From Octopus vulgaris (lineage: Eukaryota): a stretch of 64,000 nt of DNA. This document shows, in pieces, positions 50,701 through 63,746 of the stretch (position 1 is the stretch's first letter; each line of letters opens with the position of its first letter). A program made the translations under genes and the position numbers. Below the pieces are notes generated by a model, which was not told the DNA's origin, made no database searches, and was given only the letters and a program-made list of their open reading frames with translations. The DNA is taken from positions 88,660,001-88,724,000 of the forward strand of contig OX597816.1 in assembly GCA_951406725.2 (NCBI GenBank). Reading direction: 5' to 3'.

Positions 50701-53022
50701 TCCTTCGTAACACAGTGTAGGTAAAAATGCACTGGAGTCTTTAGTCATCTGTCAAGTCACAACAAGGACCTCAGACAGATAATACTTTTCTAAAAATGTG
50801 CGCTGTGCCCAATAAGGCTGCTTTTTGCAAGACATCAATCTTGCATGGGATTTCCAGTTGCCTTAAGAAGTCTTGAAGTTTCAAAGGGATTGAACCCAAC
50901 ACTCCAATCACCACTTACCCTCGCGCATTCCATACAGTCTTGACATTTCCACTTTCATTTCGGAGTACTTGGTGATTTTTCAACCTCTTTACTCACGATA
51001 TTCATCTCATTTGGTATGGCTACATCTTTGACCTCACAGTATTTGTCTCTCTTATTCAATATGACAATATCCGGTCGACGGTGTTCCATTACAAGATCCG
51101 TCTGAAAATCATAGTCCCAGAGTATCTTTACTTTTCTATGTTCCTGCATAACTTCACTTGGTACATGCTCATACCAGTTTTCTGTTACTTCTTATTGGTA
51201 TTTACAGCATAAGAGCCAATGAAGATACACACACACTTTATCGTGGCTGTATTTGTACTTTGTGCAACGCTCTCACATCCACTTACCAAGTGAGTCACAT
51301 TTCCACACTCTTTCCACGGAGTCTGCATATCTGGGTGTCAGAAATTTTATAGATGTTACACTTCACTTATATGGTAGCGAAAGCCTGGTCTTGTGCAGCA
51401 ATGATCAGGCTTACAGTGGTACGTTTCAAATCACTTCGCTCAAGCCATGCCAACGATGCTATATTATCCTTAACGTCCTGTCTATTTCTTTCAAACTGTC
51501 CATGCAGTCTCATTTCAAGAAGGTCTTCTTCTCTCTTCTCCTCAGCTCTTTGGTTAAACTCTGTGTTGCTCATTATTTCATTTGTATTTATACCCATATC
51601 TTTCGCAGCATATTGCAGCAAGTCTTCATCAATATTTATGAAATACCCGGCAAGCGTTCTCCTTTCTCTCCTTATACAATAGTCTATACTAATTACTCCT
51701 CTGGAACCATTCTTTCTTTTCATATACAATCTGTTTACATTTGCTTCAGAGTGTTGCGCCCCATGCAGCGTCATCAACATTCTCGTCATTCTATCCAGTG
51801 TTGATATTTCTTCCTTTGTCCATTTGAGGATGAACGCACTATATCTGACCACTGCAACTGCCCACATATACATTGTGGTAATCAGATTTTTGGCATTCAT
51901 GTTGGATTTCAACACCATTTTCACCCTATTCTGATACGCCTCGCTGACTTTGACTTTCATTTCTCTGTGTAGAATGTCATCCAGCTCCAAAATCCCTAAA
52001 TATTTATACCCACTACGGTCGGGTTAACCCATGGTCTCTCCTGATAGTAACCACAATTGCGGGCTACTTTCTTCCCTCTTTTCATACTAAGTACTGAGAA
52101 TTTGGTGATCCCAAATTCCATACCGATGTCACTACCACATTTCTGGACTATTTTGGTTAAGGAAACTACGTTTTTCTCGGTCGGTCTTTTTCCCATGTTT
52201 CCAGTTTCCTCTTAGCTATTTCTCAATTTTTCCTAGATCTTGCCTTACGCGCATTACGTCGTTTCCACCATGGTTCTTTTGCTCCACCAGTTTTTGTTCC
52301 CTTAATTTCTAATTGCTCCTCAATAAGTGACGCAATAGCCCAGAGAAGATTCCTTGTTTGTGTTATATCTTCCGTCTGGATGTATGGTATGATATTATTT
52401 AACTTTTGCGTTGCTTTATTTATCAAACTCCTAACTACTCTTCTTATATTCATGGGAATTTTTTCTTCTGGAGTATTCATCAAGTCGGTGAGTCGTCTCT
52501 GAATTTCAATTAATATCATTATCTAGTTGGTTCATTTTCCCTGCTGCATGTCCACCCACCACCGTATCAGGGCTGACTGTATAACGTTCCTGTTCCTCAT
52601 CCTTAATAGCCCTATCACCATTTCCCTGTTCCTCCTGTCTACTTTTCTCCATGCTTTCAACTTCTACCTCTCTGTTTTTAACTCCGACCATCCTTTGTAG
52701 CCCATCCGCAGGGTCTCTCAGACTCTCAACAGATATTTCTACTCCAATTAAGTAACGCTTCCTCCTAATCACTTTCACTTGGTTCATTAGTTTATTTTAT
52801 GACATTGGACACATGTCCTTTTCTATCCAAAATTTCATGGTACGTCGACCTAATCCGCGACTTCTTTCCAGCTTTGCTCTTTCATAACATTCAATAAGTT
52901 ATGATGCTCCCCCACTACTTCTGCTCGTGATCAGAGATGCACATATCGTCAGCCACAACTGGTTAACGTCAAGAAACCGGCAAGCAAATCTGTGGTATTG
53001 AGCAAAATATTTGCTGTAGCCC
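50701..53022 (-). mobile_element. Internally deleted R4/Dong-clade non-LTR retrotransposon
   Basis: N-terminal IECYERAK...KLMNQVKVIRRK and EPWWKRR; late RT SDIGMEFG, RLYMKRKNGSRG, AAQDQA; zinc-knuckle region; RLE ILWDYDFQTD...RRPDIVI...DVAIP; LLGTAHIFRK; (TAA)n tail 50682-50700; frameshifts. Confidence 0.92.
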
Positions 53023-53089
53023 ACTTTAGTTAATGTGTTATACAGTGCAGTACTCTACTGTATTTTTATTTAACTTATTAATTTTTAGG

Positions 53090-53254
53090 CGTGAAAATGC
53101 TTATTTTACCAGGGAAATAATTAAAATCTAAAATAATATAAATACCTATCGGCCACAGAAAACCACGATATACTGAGGAGTCCGCGATATAAATTTATAT
53201 ATATTAGCCAGAAAAGACTGTGATATACTGAGGGCGCGATATGGCGAGACATTA

Positions 53255-53258
<4 letters not shown>
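53090..53258. mobile_element. Tigger/pogo-type right end with subterminal repeats
   Basis: cgcgatatggcgagacattactg|TA TIR; gatatactgagg...cgcgatat repeated twice. Confidence 0.6.
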
Positions 53259-53342
<84 letters not shown>

Positions 53343-53376
53343 TTAGAGATAAAACCACTATTAGGAAAATCATATA

Positions 53377-53950
53377 TCTTTATATATATAAAACTGAGAA
53401 TGTGTGTATGTCTGTCTGTGTGTTTCCTAAAACTTGAGAACTACACAACCAATTTCATTCAAATTTTACACATGCCTTACTTAGGGTCCATGTAGTTTCA
53501 TGGGCAAAATAAATGTTCAACTTCTTGCCTAGAGCGAGCCCATAGCAATTTCATATCTTCTCCACTATTTCAGTATTACGTGTTATAAGTGAAACAAAAA
53601 TATTTCTCTATTTTATGTCAGATGCTTTCACTTTAACAATAAAAAATAATAACAATTGAATTATATGTAGTAAGTAATAATTAAAATCAAACTAAAGTAT
53701 AATATAATCGTAACATACAAGAGTAAAAATAGCAATTGGTATAAATTTGCATCAATGATTTGAATTTGAATAAGTGGTTTCACATGAATGGGAATAAATT
53801 AAAAATAAAATTAGCGTGCAGAAATGGAATAGTCCAGATGGATAACAAAAAATTAAATTAAAGAAAAGACTATTGTCTATAAAGTATACAATGTAGAGAA
53901 AAAAGAAGGGCTAACAATTCCAGTCTGTTATATATTTTGAGTATTATCAC
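53377..53950 (+). mobile_element. Non-autonomous Helitron-like element, 5' part
   Basis: A|TCTTTATATATATAAAA start, short gtct repeat, gagaactacacaaccaatttcattcaaattt, typical of small invertebrate Helitron 5' ends; 3' end not located. Confidence 0.55.
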
Positions 53951-54043
53951 TAGCGATATCAAGATATAACTTTGTATTTTGCATTTTATGTGTAGATGTA
54001 TATATATAGATGTACATGTAATATGTACACATATATACATGCA

Positions 54044-54108
54044 CTAGCAGCTATGACCCGGCAACGACGGGTCCTTAATTTTGGAAACGCTGCCGTTGTT
54101 CTCTTTTA

Positions 54109-54120
<12 letters not shown>
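54044..54120 (-). mobile_element. Miniature Helitron-like element
   Basis: RC tatatataagtaaaag...gacccg tcgttgc cgggtc atagctg CTAG|T: subterminal hairpin plus CTAG terminus. Confidence 0.65.
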
Positions 54121-54164
<44 letters not shown>

Positions 54165-54534
54165 CATATTAATGAAGTAATTGTCGAAGTACTGTGGTAC
54201 TGTGATGTATGAACTTGAGCAAGTCATTTCTTAAATTTCAAAGAGTGGTTATATGTATATTTAGATATATTTTATTTTGGGGGCTGTTTTACATATTCTT
54301 TTTAATATTCGACTTCAAGAAGCCACATACCTAAAAAGAATATAAAAAATAACTTAGATCATCAAGAACAGCTGGCACAATATGAGAATTTACGACAGAA
54401 TGAAAAATAAATTGAAAACTAACTACAAAACGTCAGCGAGAAACAGGCAGCAACGTGTGGCTTTTATGCAGTTGTTAAAACTACTTGAGATACAATCCAA
54501 GTTGGCCTCAAATCATTTGAAAGATTCATTAACC

Positions 54535-54750
54535 AATCCTTTCTGCTTCAGGCATCAGGCCTCAAATTTTGGTGGTGATTGTTTTAGGCTATTCGATTTA
54601 CATCGACCACAATTCTCAGCTATTCTATCGACACTGAAAGATGATATACATGTTCGACCTCGGTGGAATGTGAACACTGAACATAAAGACGGACGAAATG
54701 CTACTAAGTATTTTGTATGGCGTGCTAATAATTCCGCAAACTCACCTCCT
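54535..54750 (-). mobile_element. SINE family A diverged copy
   Basis: ggcatcaggcctcaaatttt...tcgacctcggtggaatgtgaac...cgtgctaataattccgc. Confidence 0.75.
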
Positions 54751-55363
54751 TCGATTCGTTAAATAATGTATTCCGATACATCGCCTGCCCCAGGCTGTGA
54801 GGCTGGTTCAGCTAACGACGGAAGCTAATCCTAGGTCTACTCTAACATAGTAGTGCTGAGTTATATAGCAACTCAGCTAAAACAATAACCATAAAAAGTT
54901 ACACTGACAGAGCTGACAATTCTGGTTCTATAGAATCATTCATTTCCAACTCTTGTTGGTTTATAGTGTTTAGTTATTCATCGGTTTTCTTCATAGCATC
55001 GACTTATTCACATCAACATATTACTTATTACAAGACACAAAGACATATCCATATACATATTTAAATATATGCACGCACGTACACAAAGAAGCACATGCGC
55101 AAAGATATTTATACACATACTCGTGTTCAGGTGACAATCACGTACCTTGGCACATACAAAGCCTATACACCCAAACAAACACTGCGTAATATATTTCTCT
55201 GTTTTCTGACGTTTTTGTTGGCTGTTTACCATCGTTGGTTGTTTACCATTGGGTCGTCTATAGCGACTACCATCATAAAAATGATGACATCATTAGCAAT
55301 TACGATGAAGGGATAAAGAGGAAGTGTAGGAGGAGGTAGAAAAAAGGGATGGAGTCGATGATT

Positions 55364-55364
<1 letters not shown>

Positions 55365-55439
<75 letters not shown>

Positions 55440-55725
55440 CGCTATTTATTTTCATTATTTATTATCACTCATTATTACCCTTTATTATTATATGGAAACT
55501 CACAGCTTCTTTTGCTGATTATGATGGGAAGCTGACCCCAGTGTTTCACTAGTACTTAATTTATGGGCCCCAAAAGGTTGAAAGGCAAAGTCGACGTCGG
55601 GAATTTGAACTCAGAACGTAGTGACGGTAGAAGAAGAAGGAGAAGAAGAAGAAGAAGAAGAAGAAGAAGAAGAAGAAGAAGAAGAAGAAGAAGAAGAAGA
55701 AGAAGAAGAAGAAGATGAAGAAGAA
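55365..55725. repeat. (TTA)n and (GAA)n arrays flanking a SINE A fragment (55535-55625, minus)
   Basis: Direct reading. Confidence 0.85.
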
Positions 55726-56296
55726 GACAAGGGATATATATATAAATGATTTGACTGACGGCTATATATATATATATATATATATAGGAGAAGAAGAAGA
55801 AGGGCAACAACAACAATAATAGCAATCAAAATCCCCATTGCCACTATCATCGCAATCGCCTGTATCATTATATCACCATCATCGTCATCATCATGAACGT
55901 CATTGTTATTGCCAGCAAGAGCGGCAGAAGTATTGTTATGCTTAACAAAATAAATTATATTTTTCTTCTTAATCTATATCCACTCTATCTAATCTATATA
56001 TTATTGTTATTATCTAAACTGTCATAGCATTTTAAAAACTCGTTTATGATGTCCTTGCATTTAAGACCACCGCAACTACTGCTACCACCTCACTGGCATC
56101 ACCGTCGCCATTAGATTTGCCGACACAAATGTCACCTCAGCAAATATTATGAAGTTCCATTAATCATCCGAATTCATGTTTTCTCCTCTCAGTAAGATTG
56201 CAATATTTCTGATATATACCCATAATTCAATGTGCACACACACTGATAAAAACGCCTACTAACGCATAGACACGCACGCATAGAAAGACTCATATG

Positions 56297-56339
<43 letters not shown>

Positions 56340-56599
56340 GAGGGGTATGGGTGTACGCTTGTGTGTAGATGTAAGTATAAGTATGTATTAATATATGCAT
56401 GCATGCATATCTACTCAAACACACGCAGATTTATATATGCAGCTGTCAGGTAAGAAGTTTTCTGGGTTCAGTTCCAGTGCGTGGCACCTTGGATAAATGA
56501 CTTATATAAGTGTCTGTGAGTTGCGAGTCTGTTTGTGTACACATACGTACACATACACAAACACACACACACATAGAGAGAGAGGAAGCATGATGTAAT

Positions 56600-56721
56600 A
56601 TTCTTTTCTACTCTAGGCACAAAGCTCGAAATTTTTGGGGAGGGACACAGTCGATTAGCTCAACCCCACTACACAACTGGTACTTAATTTATGGACCCCA
56701 AAACGATGTAAGGCAAAGTCG
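56600..56721 (-). mobile_element. SINE family A 3' half
   Basis: ggcacaaagctcgaaatttttgggg...ctggtacttaattt...aaggcaaagtcga; head missing. Confidence 0.8.
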
Positions 56722-56900
56722 AAATAGTAGTCCAGACGGCTAAGGACAAAGGCTCTCCAAAGCAGAAGCATTGTGTCTCTGTTCCTGGTCCTGAAGGATC
56801 TAAGGATCCAACTTGACACCCGCCTGCATAGTGTTGCCGTCTGAGCAACGTGCACATGGAAAGTTGCTTCCTTGCTTAGCACAGATTGATCTTGAACTCT
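56722..56900 (-). pseudogene. CR1-like LINE reverse transcriptase fragment
   Basis: TFHVHVAQTATLCRRVSSWILRSFRTRNRDTMLLLWRAFVLSRLDY matches the post-RT thumb region of CR1/L2-group LINEs. Confidence 0.8.
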
Positions 56901-56946
56901 GCTGTGCATGCGCAATAAGTTTTAACCTTCTAGCCTACACCTGCTG

Positions 56947-56987
<41 letters not shown>

Positions 56988-57007
56988 ACACACACACATA
57001 CACACAC

Positions 57008-57048
<41 letters not shown>

Positions 57049-57448
57049 TATATCTATATACATATAAATAAATACACACACACATCTATAAATGTCAAGT
57101 TGTGTGATTAGTTGCTATTTCTTCACTCCCATTTTTTGTTTTTGCTCTCTCAGAATCAGCTACGCAGTGTCCTTCCCTGAAGATCTTATAGTTGACCAGA
57201 TTTATTGTATACTATGTAATAAAAGATAAGAGAAGTTGCTGATAATGTATGACGTTCCTCCAGAGATTGAAAGTGTCATATGTTCAGGAAGATTTTGTCG
57301 ATTAGAGATTTTGAAAATGAAAATAATTTGCTACACCCATATTCAGGAACCGGACGAAATGAAAATATTTATATAACACAGATTAACATGAATTTTACGT
57401 ATCTCGGGAGGCCCATTATGCATACATACCACATAGGGAAACACAAGC

Positions 57449-57601
<153 letters not shown>

Positions 57602-58589
57602 TGTAATTCTTCACCTCTGGGAGGCAAGAATCTGTTACGATCATTTGGTCAATAGTCTGGGCTCAGTGAGAACGGGTTAATATCCATAGACCAATTTTGG
57701 GGTTATGACTAGTATTGGCTGTGTCCTGCCAAAGACGAATCAAAATTTGTTTCTACGCAGGAGTTCACATTAAATATCTTGCAAACCAAATACAAAATCG
57801 AGATGAATGTCGTGATACCTATTCTCAAAATCTAGATGAGTTAAACCTCTTCTGAGATTCTTTTACAACAGATAAATTTAATAATTATCCTCGGATCTGA
57901 AACTTATTTCCAACAGATAGATTAACGATGCATTGCAGCCATCTACTAAGAATATCTGCCAGATGTCGGGCGAACTGAGTTAATCTAGAATATAGTTTTA
58001 CTTCAAGCAAACAAGCAGAAGACTTGAACTCGTTTAGTAATACGCAGCGAAGCAATATATTGTTCGCTCAACCTAATGTCCTCTACACACACAAAGCCGT
58101 ACGTATTCATAGTTCCACATGCACAGACACACACACACACAAACACAAACACACACCTCATATACACGCAACTCGCACTCAGGTGCGTGCAAACATATCT
58201 GTACGGGTGGATATATGTGTCTATATATAAACAGAAAGACAAATAAACACACAGGGTGACATATGCAGACAGAGAACTATAAAATCATCATCGCCATCAT
58301 CATTATCATTATCATTATCGTTATTACCGTCATCAATATCATGATGATAATCATCATCATTGTCGTTATCTTCATCATTTAACATCCGGATTCTACGCTG
58401 CCATGTATTGTACGAATGGACAGGACCTCAGGAGACGGAGGAGTACATATATGTGCCCGTGTATGATTGTATGTGTGTATACATGCTTGTATACAGACGC
58501 ACATTGTTGGTTTTATATAATTTGATATCTCCTGATAACTATATGTATAGAAACACACATTTATAGATATATGTAGATAGATAGAATGA

Positions 58590-58590
58590 C

Positions 58591-58622
<32 letters not shown>

Positions 58623-58677
58623 TGATAGATTGATAGATAGCCAGCTAGATAGCTAGCTAGCTAGCTAGCTAGCTAGC

Positions 58678-58776
<99 letters not shown>
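58590..58776. repeat. (GATA)n array with internal (GCTA)n block
   Basis: Direct reading. Confidence 0.95.
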
Positions 58777-58780
58777 TTAG

Positions 58781-59053
58781 ATATAGATATGTATACGTAC
58801 TGTATGTATATATACAAATACACCATATATTTTCATACAGCTTGTGTGTGTGTTTATATTAGATATATATATATGTGTGTGTGTGTGTTTATATATTACA
58901 TATATACATAAATACATACGTATAGACACACATATATTTACATATATACTGTGGTTGTATAGAATCATATATAGATACGTATATATACTGTATGTATAAA
59001 TACAAATACCTATATTTTCATACACCTTGTGTGTGTGTGTGTTTATATTATAT

Positions 59054-59088
<35 letters not shown>

Positions 59089-59192
59089 ATGTACGCATAC
59101 ATACATTCATACATACATACATACATACATAAATACATACGTATACACACATACACACATATATTCACATATATACTGTGGTTGTATAGAAT
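58781..59192. repeat. About 190-220 bp tandem duplication
   Basis: atatagata..tactgtatgtata..tacaaatac..tattttcataca..atatactgtggttgtatagaat occurs at 58781-58963 and 58969-59192. Confidence 0.8.
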
Positions 59193-59832
59193 TCGATATC
59201 ACATTTGATCGTAATTATATGAAACTTCTATGCGCTAGCCAACAGCTAGTCATCGTATTGACTTTAGGAGATAGTATATAGAATTGTAAGATAAGTGGGG
59301 AGATATAACCGTCATTGTATGAATGTATAGACAGTATAATTCACCAGGTAAATAAATTTTGTTACGGTTCAAAAATTATATTGTACTATTATAATAACAT
59401 TATGTCGAGAAAAATAATACTAAACCTAAATCAAAATAAGCATAAAAAATTGTATCCCTTTGCGTTGAAGTCAGAATTTGGCTAAACATTTCAGTAGCAT
59501 AGTTTGAATGTATCTAGACAGTTCCAGCAAGATATTGAAAAGAATCTGTATTCGCCTTGAGAATCTTGGATGCCTGTGTGAAGTATTCCTGTTTTCGTTC
59601 TTTATTTCTTTCGTTTTCTTTTTTTGTTCTTTTCTTCTCTGCGTTGTGTGTATGTAGCGTATCTACATGTGCTTCAGTTTCTCTACCTCCCTTTCTCTCA
59701 ATCTATCTCCCCTCACCCTCTCTCCGTCTCTGTCTTCCTTCCCTCTCTCTCCGTCTTTCTCTGTCTCTCTCTCTCTCTCTCTTCCTCGTACTTTCTTTTT
59801 CTCCTTCTTCTTCTTCTTCTTCTTTTTCTTCT

Positions 59833-59884
<52 letters not shown>

Positions 59885-60739
59885 CCCTCTCTCTAACTGT
59901 GCATGTCTTTCTGTGAGTGTATGTTGGGAAATGTTTCGAGATATGGTGAAGATTTTCTTTTCATTCTGCAGGCCAGATCGCATTTTCTCAAGCTTTTAAG
60001 TTTTCCATTTATCGATCGAATCCGGAAGAACTTTTGTTACGAAATATTGACTGATTTTGACCTTTCATATCTTGACCTGCATAGGCATTGAAAACAGGTT
60101 ATGTAACACATCAACCTCGGTAGCGATTTGTGCTACAGTGAAAGCAACTAGCCTTAAGACCCTTCCACAATAATGTTATTTCATGAAACAACACTACGTT
60201 TAATATCCGACAGTGGTTTCTTCTTCGAAGTAAGGCGTTGATATTGCGAACTTGCATGGTGAGAATATTTTTTAGTAATCTACCAGCACATGCATTATTA
60301 TGTAAGATGGATTGACCGATTTATCTGAGCCCGACTTCGTATAGCTCAGAATTCTTTAAGCTACAGGTAACACATTGATTTTCCTGAAACCTTTGTTCCA
60401 AGGCTTTTTCCGGATTACTGATTTTCCTGAACCAGGGGTGATCACCTAGGTCAACACGCTCTAAATTAAGCAAATATTAACTTTAAATATTTAAATGAAA
60501 TTCAGGTACTTGTACGTTAGTATAAATGATAAAAGTTTATTAATATTGTACTACACAACAACAAGTCTATCGACTAAGCCCTGAGAGTCCTGCATGAATC
60601 TAAGATGCCGCTCCAGTCACCACCTAGCACGAAACAGCGGGAGGCTCCTCAGAATACTCCCAGACACGTAAACATATCTAATGGCCACGCTACTGTCGGG
60701 ACATCGTTGATCACAACTCTGACGGCACGAGCAAACCAG

Positions 60740-60888
60740 TAAGTTCTGAGTTCAAATTCCGCTTAGGTTAACAATGTGTTTTATCATTTTCCGTTCCTAA
60801 AATAAGTACCAGCTGAGTACTGGGGTTGATGTAATTGACAAACGTCCTTCTCATAAAATCAATAGCATCGTGCTAAAATTTCAAGCTA

Positions 60889-60890
<2 letters not shown>
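60740..60890 (+). mobile_element. SINE family A partial copy
   Basis: gttctgagttcaaattccgc...aaataagtaccagctgagtactggggttgatgtaattgac. Confidence 0.75.
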
Positions 60891-60938
<48 letters not shown>

Positions 60939-61069
60939 GCGTTTGCACAGCTTCCAACGCTGGAGATGCACTACAGTGTCAGCTGTTCACTACCAGTGAA
61001 CTAAGGTAACTATTATTATTATTATTATTATCATTATTATTATTATCATTATTATTATTATTATTATTG

Positions 61070-61285
61070 AGGCGGCATGCTAGCAGAATCGTTAGCGCGC
61101 TGGACGAAATGCTTAGCGGTATTTAACCCGTTACTATGTTCTGAGTTCAAATTCTGCCAAGGAGGACTTTGCCTTTCATCCTTTCGGGGTCGATACAATA
61201 AGAACCGGTTGAGTTCTGGGGTCGATGTTATCGACTTATCCCCTCCACCGAATTTGCTGGTCTTGAGCCAATATTTGAAATCATT
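61070..61285 (+). mobile_element. SINE family A full-length copy
   Basis: aggcggcatgctagcagaatcgttagcgcgc...gactttgcctttcatcctttcggggtcgat; a further head fragment follows at about 61298-61385. Confidence 0.88.
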
Positions 61286-62272
61286 ATCATTATTACATGG
61301 CAGAATCATTAAAACGGCGTAAAAAAGACATGGTTGGAGCTTTTACGTCCGACCATTTACGTTATGAGTTCAAATTTTACGAAGGAATTTGATATCAGGA
61401 CGTATCGTTTTTATCATCATCAACATCATGATCTTCACAACCATCATCATCAGTAATAGTAGTAGCATTAGTACTCACACTATCGTTAATATTAACAGTA
61501 ACATATCAACGTCAGTAATCAGTATCACCATTGACTTAGACCTAAAACTTTCGTGCGTATATTTGTGAGAACGAAACACTAATGGAAGCGTCTTAAAACG
61601 TTTCTTTGCATTATTTTAAGCATATTGATGGACGAGTTGTATTGATAAATAAAAGCTACAGACACAGTGACAATGCGTCAGCATTGAGTCTAAAGTGATA
61701 TTTTTTTTATATTTTATGTATTTGTATTTATGCTTATTTATTTTTGCAATATAGCTGCCACTTACTTTCTCGGGTTATCATTTCAATATGTGTGCCATAG
61801 TTCTGTAATGATATGTGATAGAGTGATTTGCCATTCAATATATTTTGTCTAAATTTACCACAGTGGAAACAAAACAAGAATACAAATATAACTTTGGACA
61901 GACAGGTACATCATCGCTCCTAAAAACATTATTTATTCTTCGGAAATATTCGTGGTAAGATTATGTGCCGCAACAATATTGATAGATCGGCTGTTCACAC
62001 TGAAGAAATATCATTGTCATGTTTTAAAATTTATTCACTCACACACAATATCACTCCTTCTCCCCGTTTCTCTCTTGCTTTCTCTCACACACGCATACAC
62101 GCATACACGCACACATACAGGCAAAACACACACGTTTACATATATATTTGTGTGTGTGTGTGTTTAATATTTCGATTAGTCAGTTCGAACTACATTGGTA
62201 TAGAACACAATATGCGTATGTTTCAGAACAAAGTGAAAGATGAGTAAAGAGTGGTATCTTTTTTTCTTATTG

Positions 62273-62308
<36 letters not shown>

Positions 62309-62361
62309 ACATACACACACAGTAGAGAGAGCGGTAATAAGAAAAAGAGATGACACAGGGG

Positions 62362-62395
<34 letters not shown>

Positions 62396-62483
62396 GTATG
62401 TTTATATATAGATAGATAGATAGATAGATATATATATATATATATATATATATAGATATATAAATATATATATATGTATATAC

Positions 62484-62841
62484 TCTTACTCTTTTACTCT
62501 TTTACTTGTTTCAGTCATTTGACTGCGGCCATGCAGGAGCACCGCCTTTAGTCGAGCAACTCGACCCCGGGACTTATTCTTTTGTAAGTCCAGTACTTAT
62601 TCTATCGGTCTCATTTGCCGAACCGCTTAGTGACGGGGACAGAAACACACCAGCATCGGTTGTCAAGCAATGCTAGGAGGACAAAGACAGACACACAAAC
62701 ATATACACACACATACATATATATACATATATACGACAGGCTTCTTTCAGTTTCCGTCTACCAAGTCCACTCACAAGGCATTGGTCGGCCCGGGGCTATA
62801 GCAGAAGACACTTGCCCAAGATGCCACGCAGTGGGATTGAA
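62484..62841 (-). mobile_element. SINE family B copy
   Basis: (ctctttta)n tail, tgtttcagtcatttgactgcggcc...ctttcagtttccgtctacc...cacttgcccaagatgccacgcagtgggattgaa; truncated in the tRNA head. Confidence 0.88.
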
Positions 62842-63005
62842 TTTACGAAAATAAACAAAAGACGAAAGCAGCTGGTGTACAAAAAAACAAATGTATTAGT
62901 ATAGCGCTCATGAATAGAAAAAATCTTTTACGTTTCGAGCCTACACTCTTCTACAGAAAGGTACACAGAAAAAAACAAGGAGAGAAACAAGGAGAGAGAA
63001 AAAAA
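62842..63005 (-). mobile_element. Hammerhead-like repeat family C, copy 2
   Basis: Aligns with 24597-24765; motif RC cttt-CTGTAGA-a-gagt gtag gctc-GAAA-cg-TA-aaag at 62925-62960. Confidence 0.75.
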
Positions 63006-63619
63006 GGATGACAGAATAACACATGTGTGTGCGTTTGTGAGTATCGGTTGAATTAAGTTAAAACATAGTTTGGTTTTCACGTTTTATTTTTATTTTAGTA
63101 ATATAATGATTCCATTGAGCGAACATATAGAAACATGTGGTTAGAAAATGTTTCTAATTTTCCCTTTCCACAAACTACATGACACAAGTGAGGTTGGAAG
63201 AAGATAAAAGAAAAACGATTTATTAAAATGTTCAAACCTGTTCTGAACGGAAATAACAATAATATAACAATTAGTTAATGATGAGGATTAAAAAATATCT
63301 TCAACATATGAATATAAACATATTACTGAATATCGGTACGCCCGGTAAATAATGACGTTTAAGGTGCATGTGGATTGGTCAAATCCGTATTCCAAAAATT
63401 CAGCTTGTTGGAGCGTTCTAAGAGGTACTGCAGTTGTCAAGAACTCAACTGTCAGTTAAATGCATTTTGAAATTTGATGATTACTACGAACGTGTGAAAG
63501 CGCTAATTGAACTTTATGAGCATTACAAAATATTTTTTAACGTTAAAATATAATAAAAACATGAAAACCAAACCATGATATATTATTCTATACACATTCA
63601 CACAAAATCGGTAATGTAT

Positions 63620-63622
63620 ATT

Positions 63623-63699
<77 letters not shown>

Positions 63700-63746
63700 A
63701 TGTATGTATGTATGTATGTATGTATATGTATGTATGTATGTATGTA
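63620..63746. repeat. (TA)/(TG)/(TATG) compound microsatellite
   Basis: Direct reading. Confidence 0.95.

Noticed and set aside
51253-51804. 183-aa plus-strand ORF
   Set aside because: Antisense shadow of the R4/Dong LINE ORF
52900-53030. HDV-like ribozyme at the LINE 5' end
   Set aside because: No nested double pseudoknot could be built by eye, and part of the segment appears to be eroded coding sequence
59950-60100. Splice-acceptor-like ttttcattctgcag followed by unique sequence
   Set aside because: All three frames hit stop codons before a plausible donor
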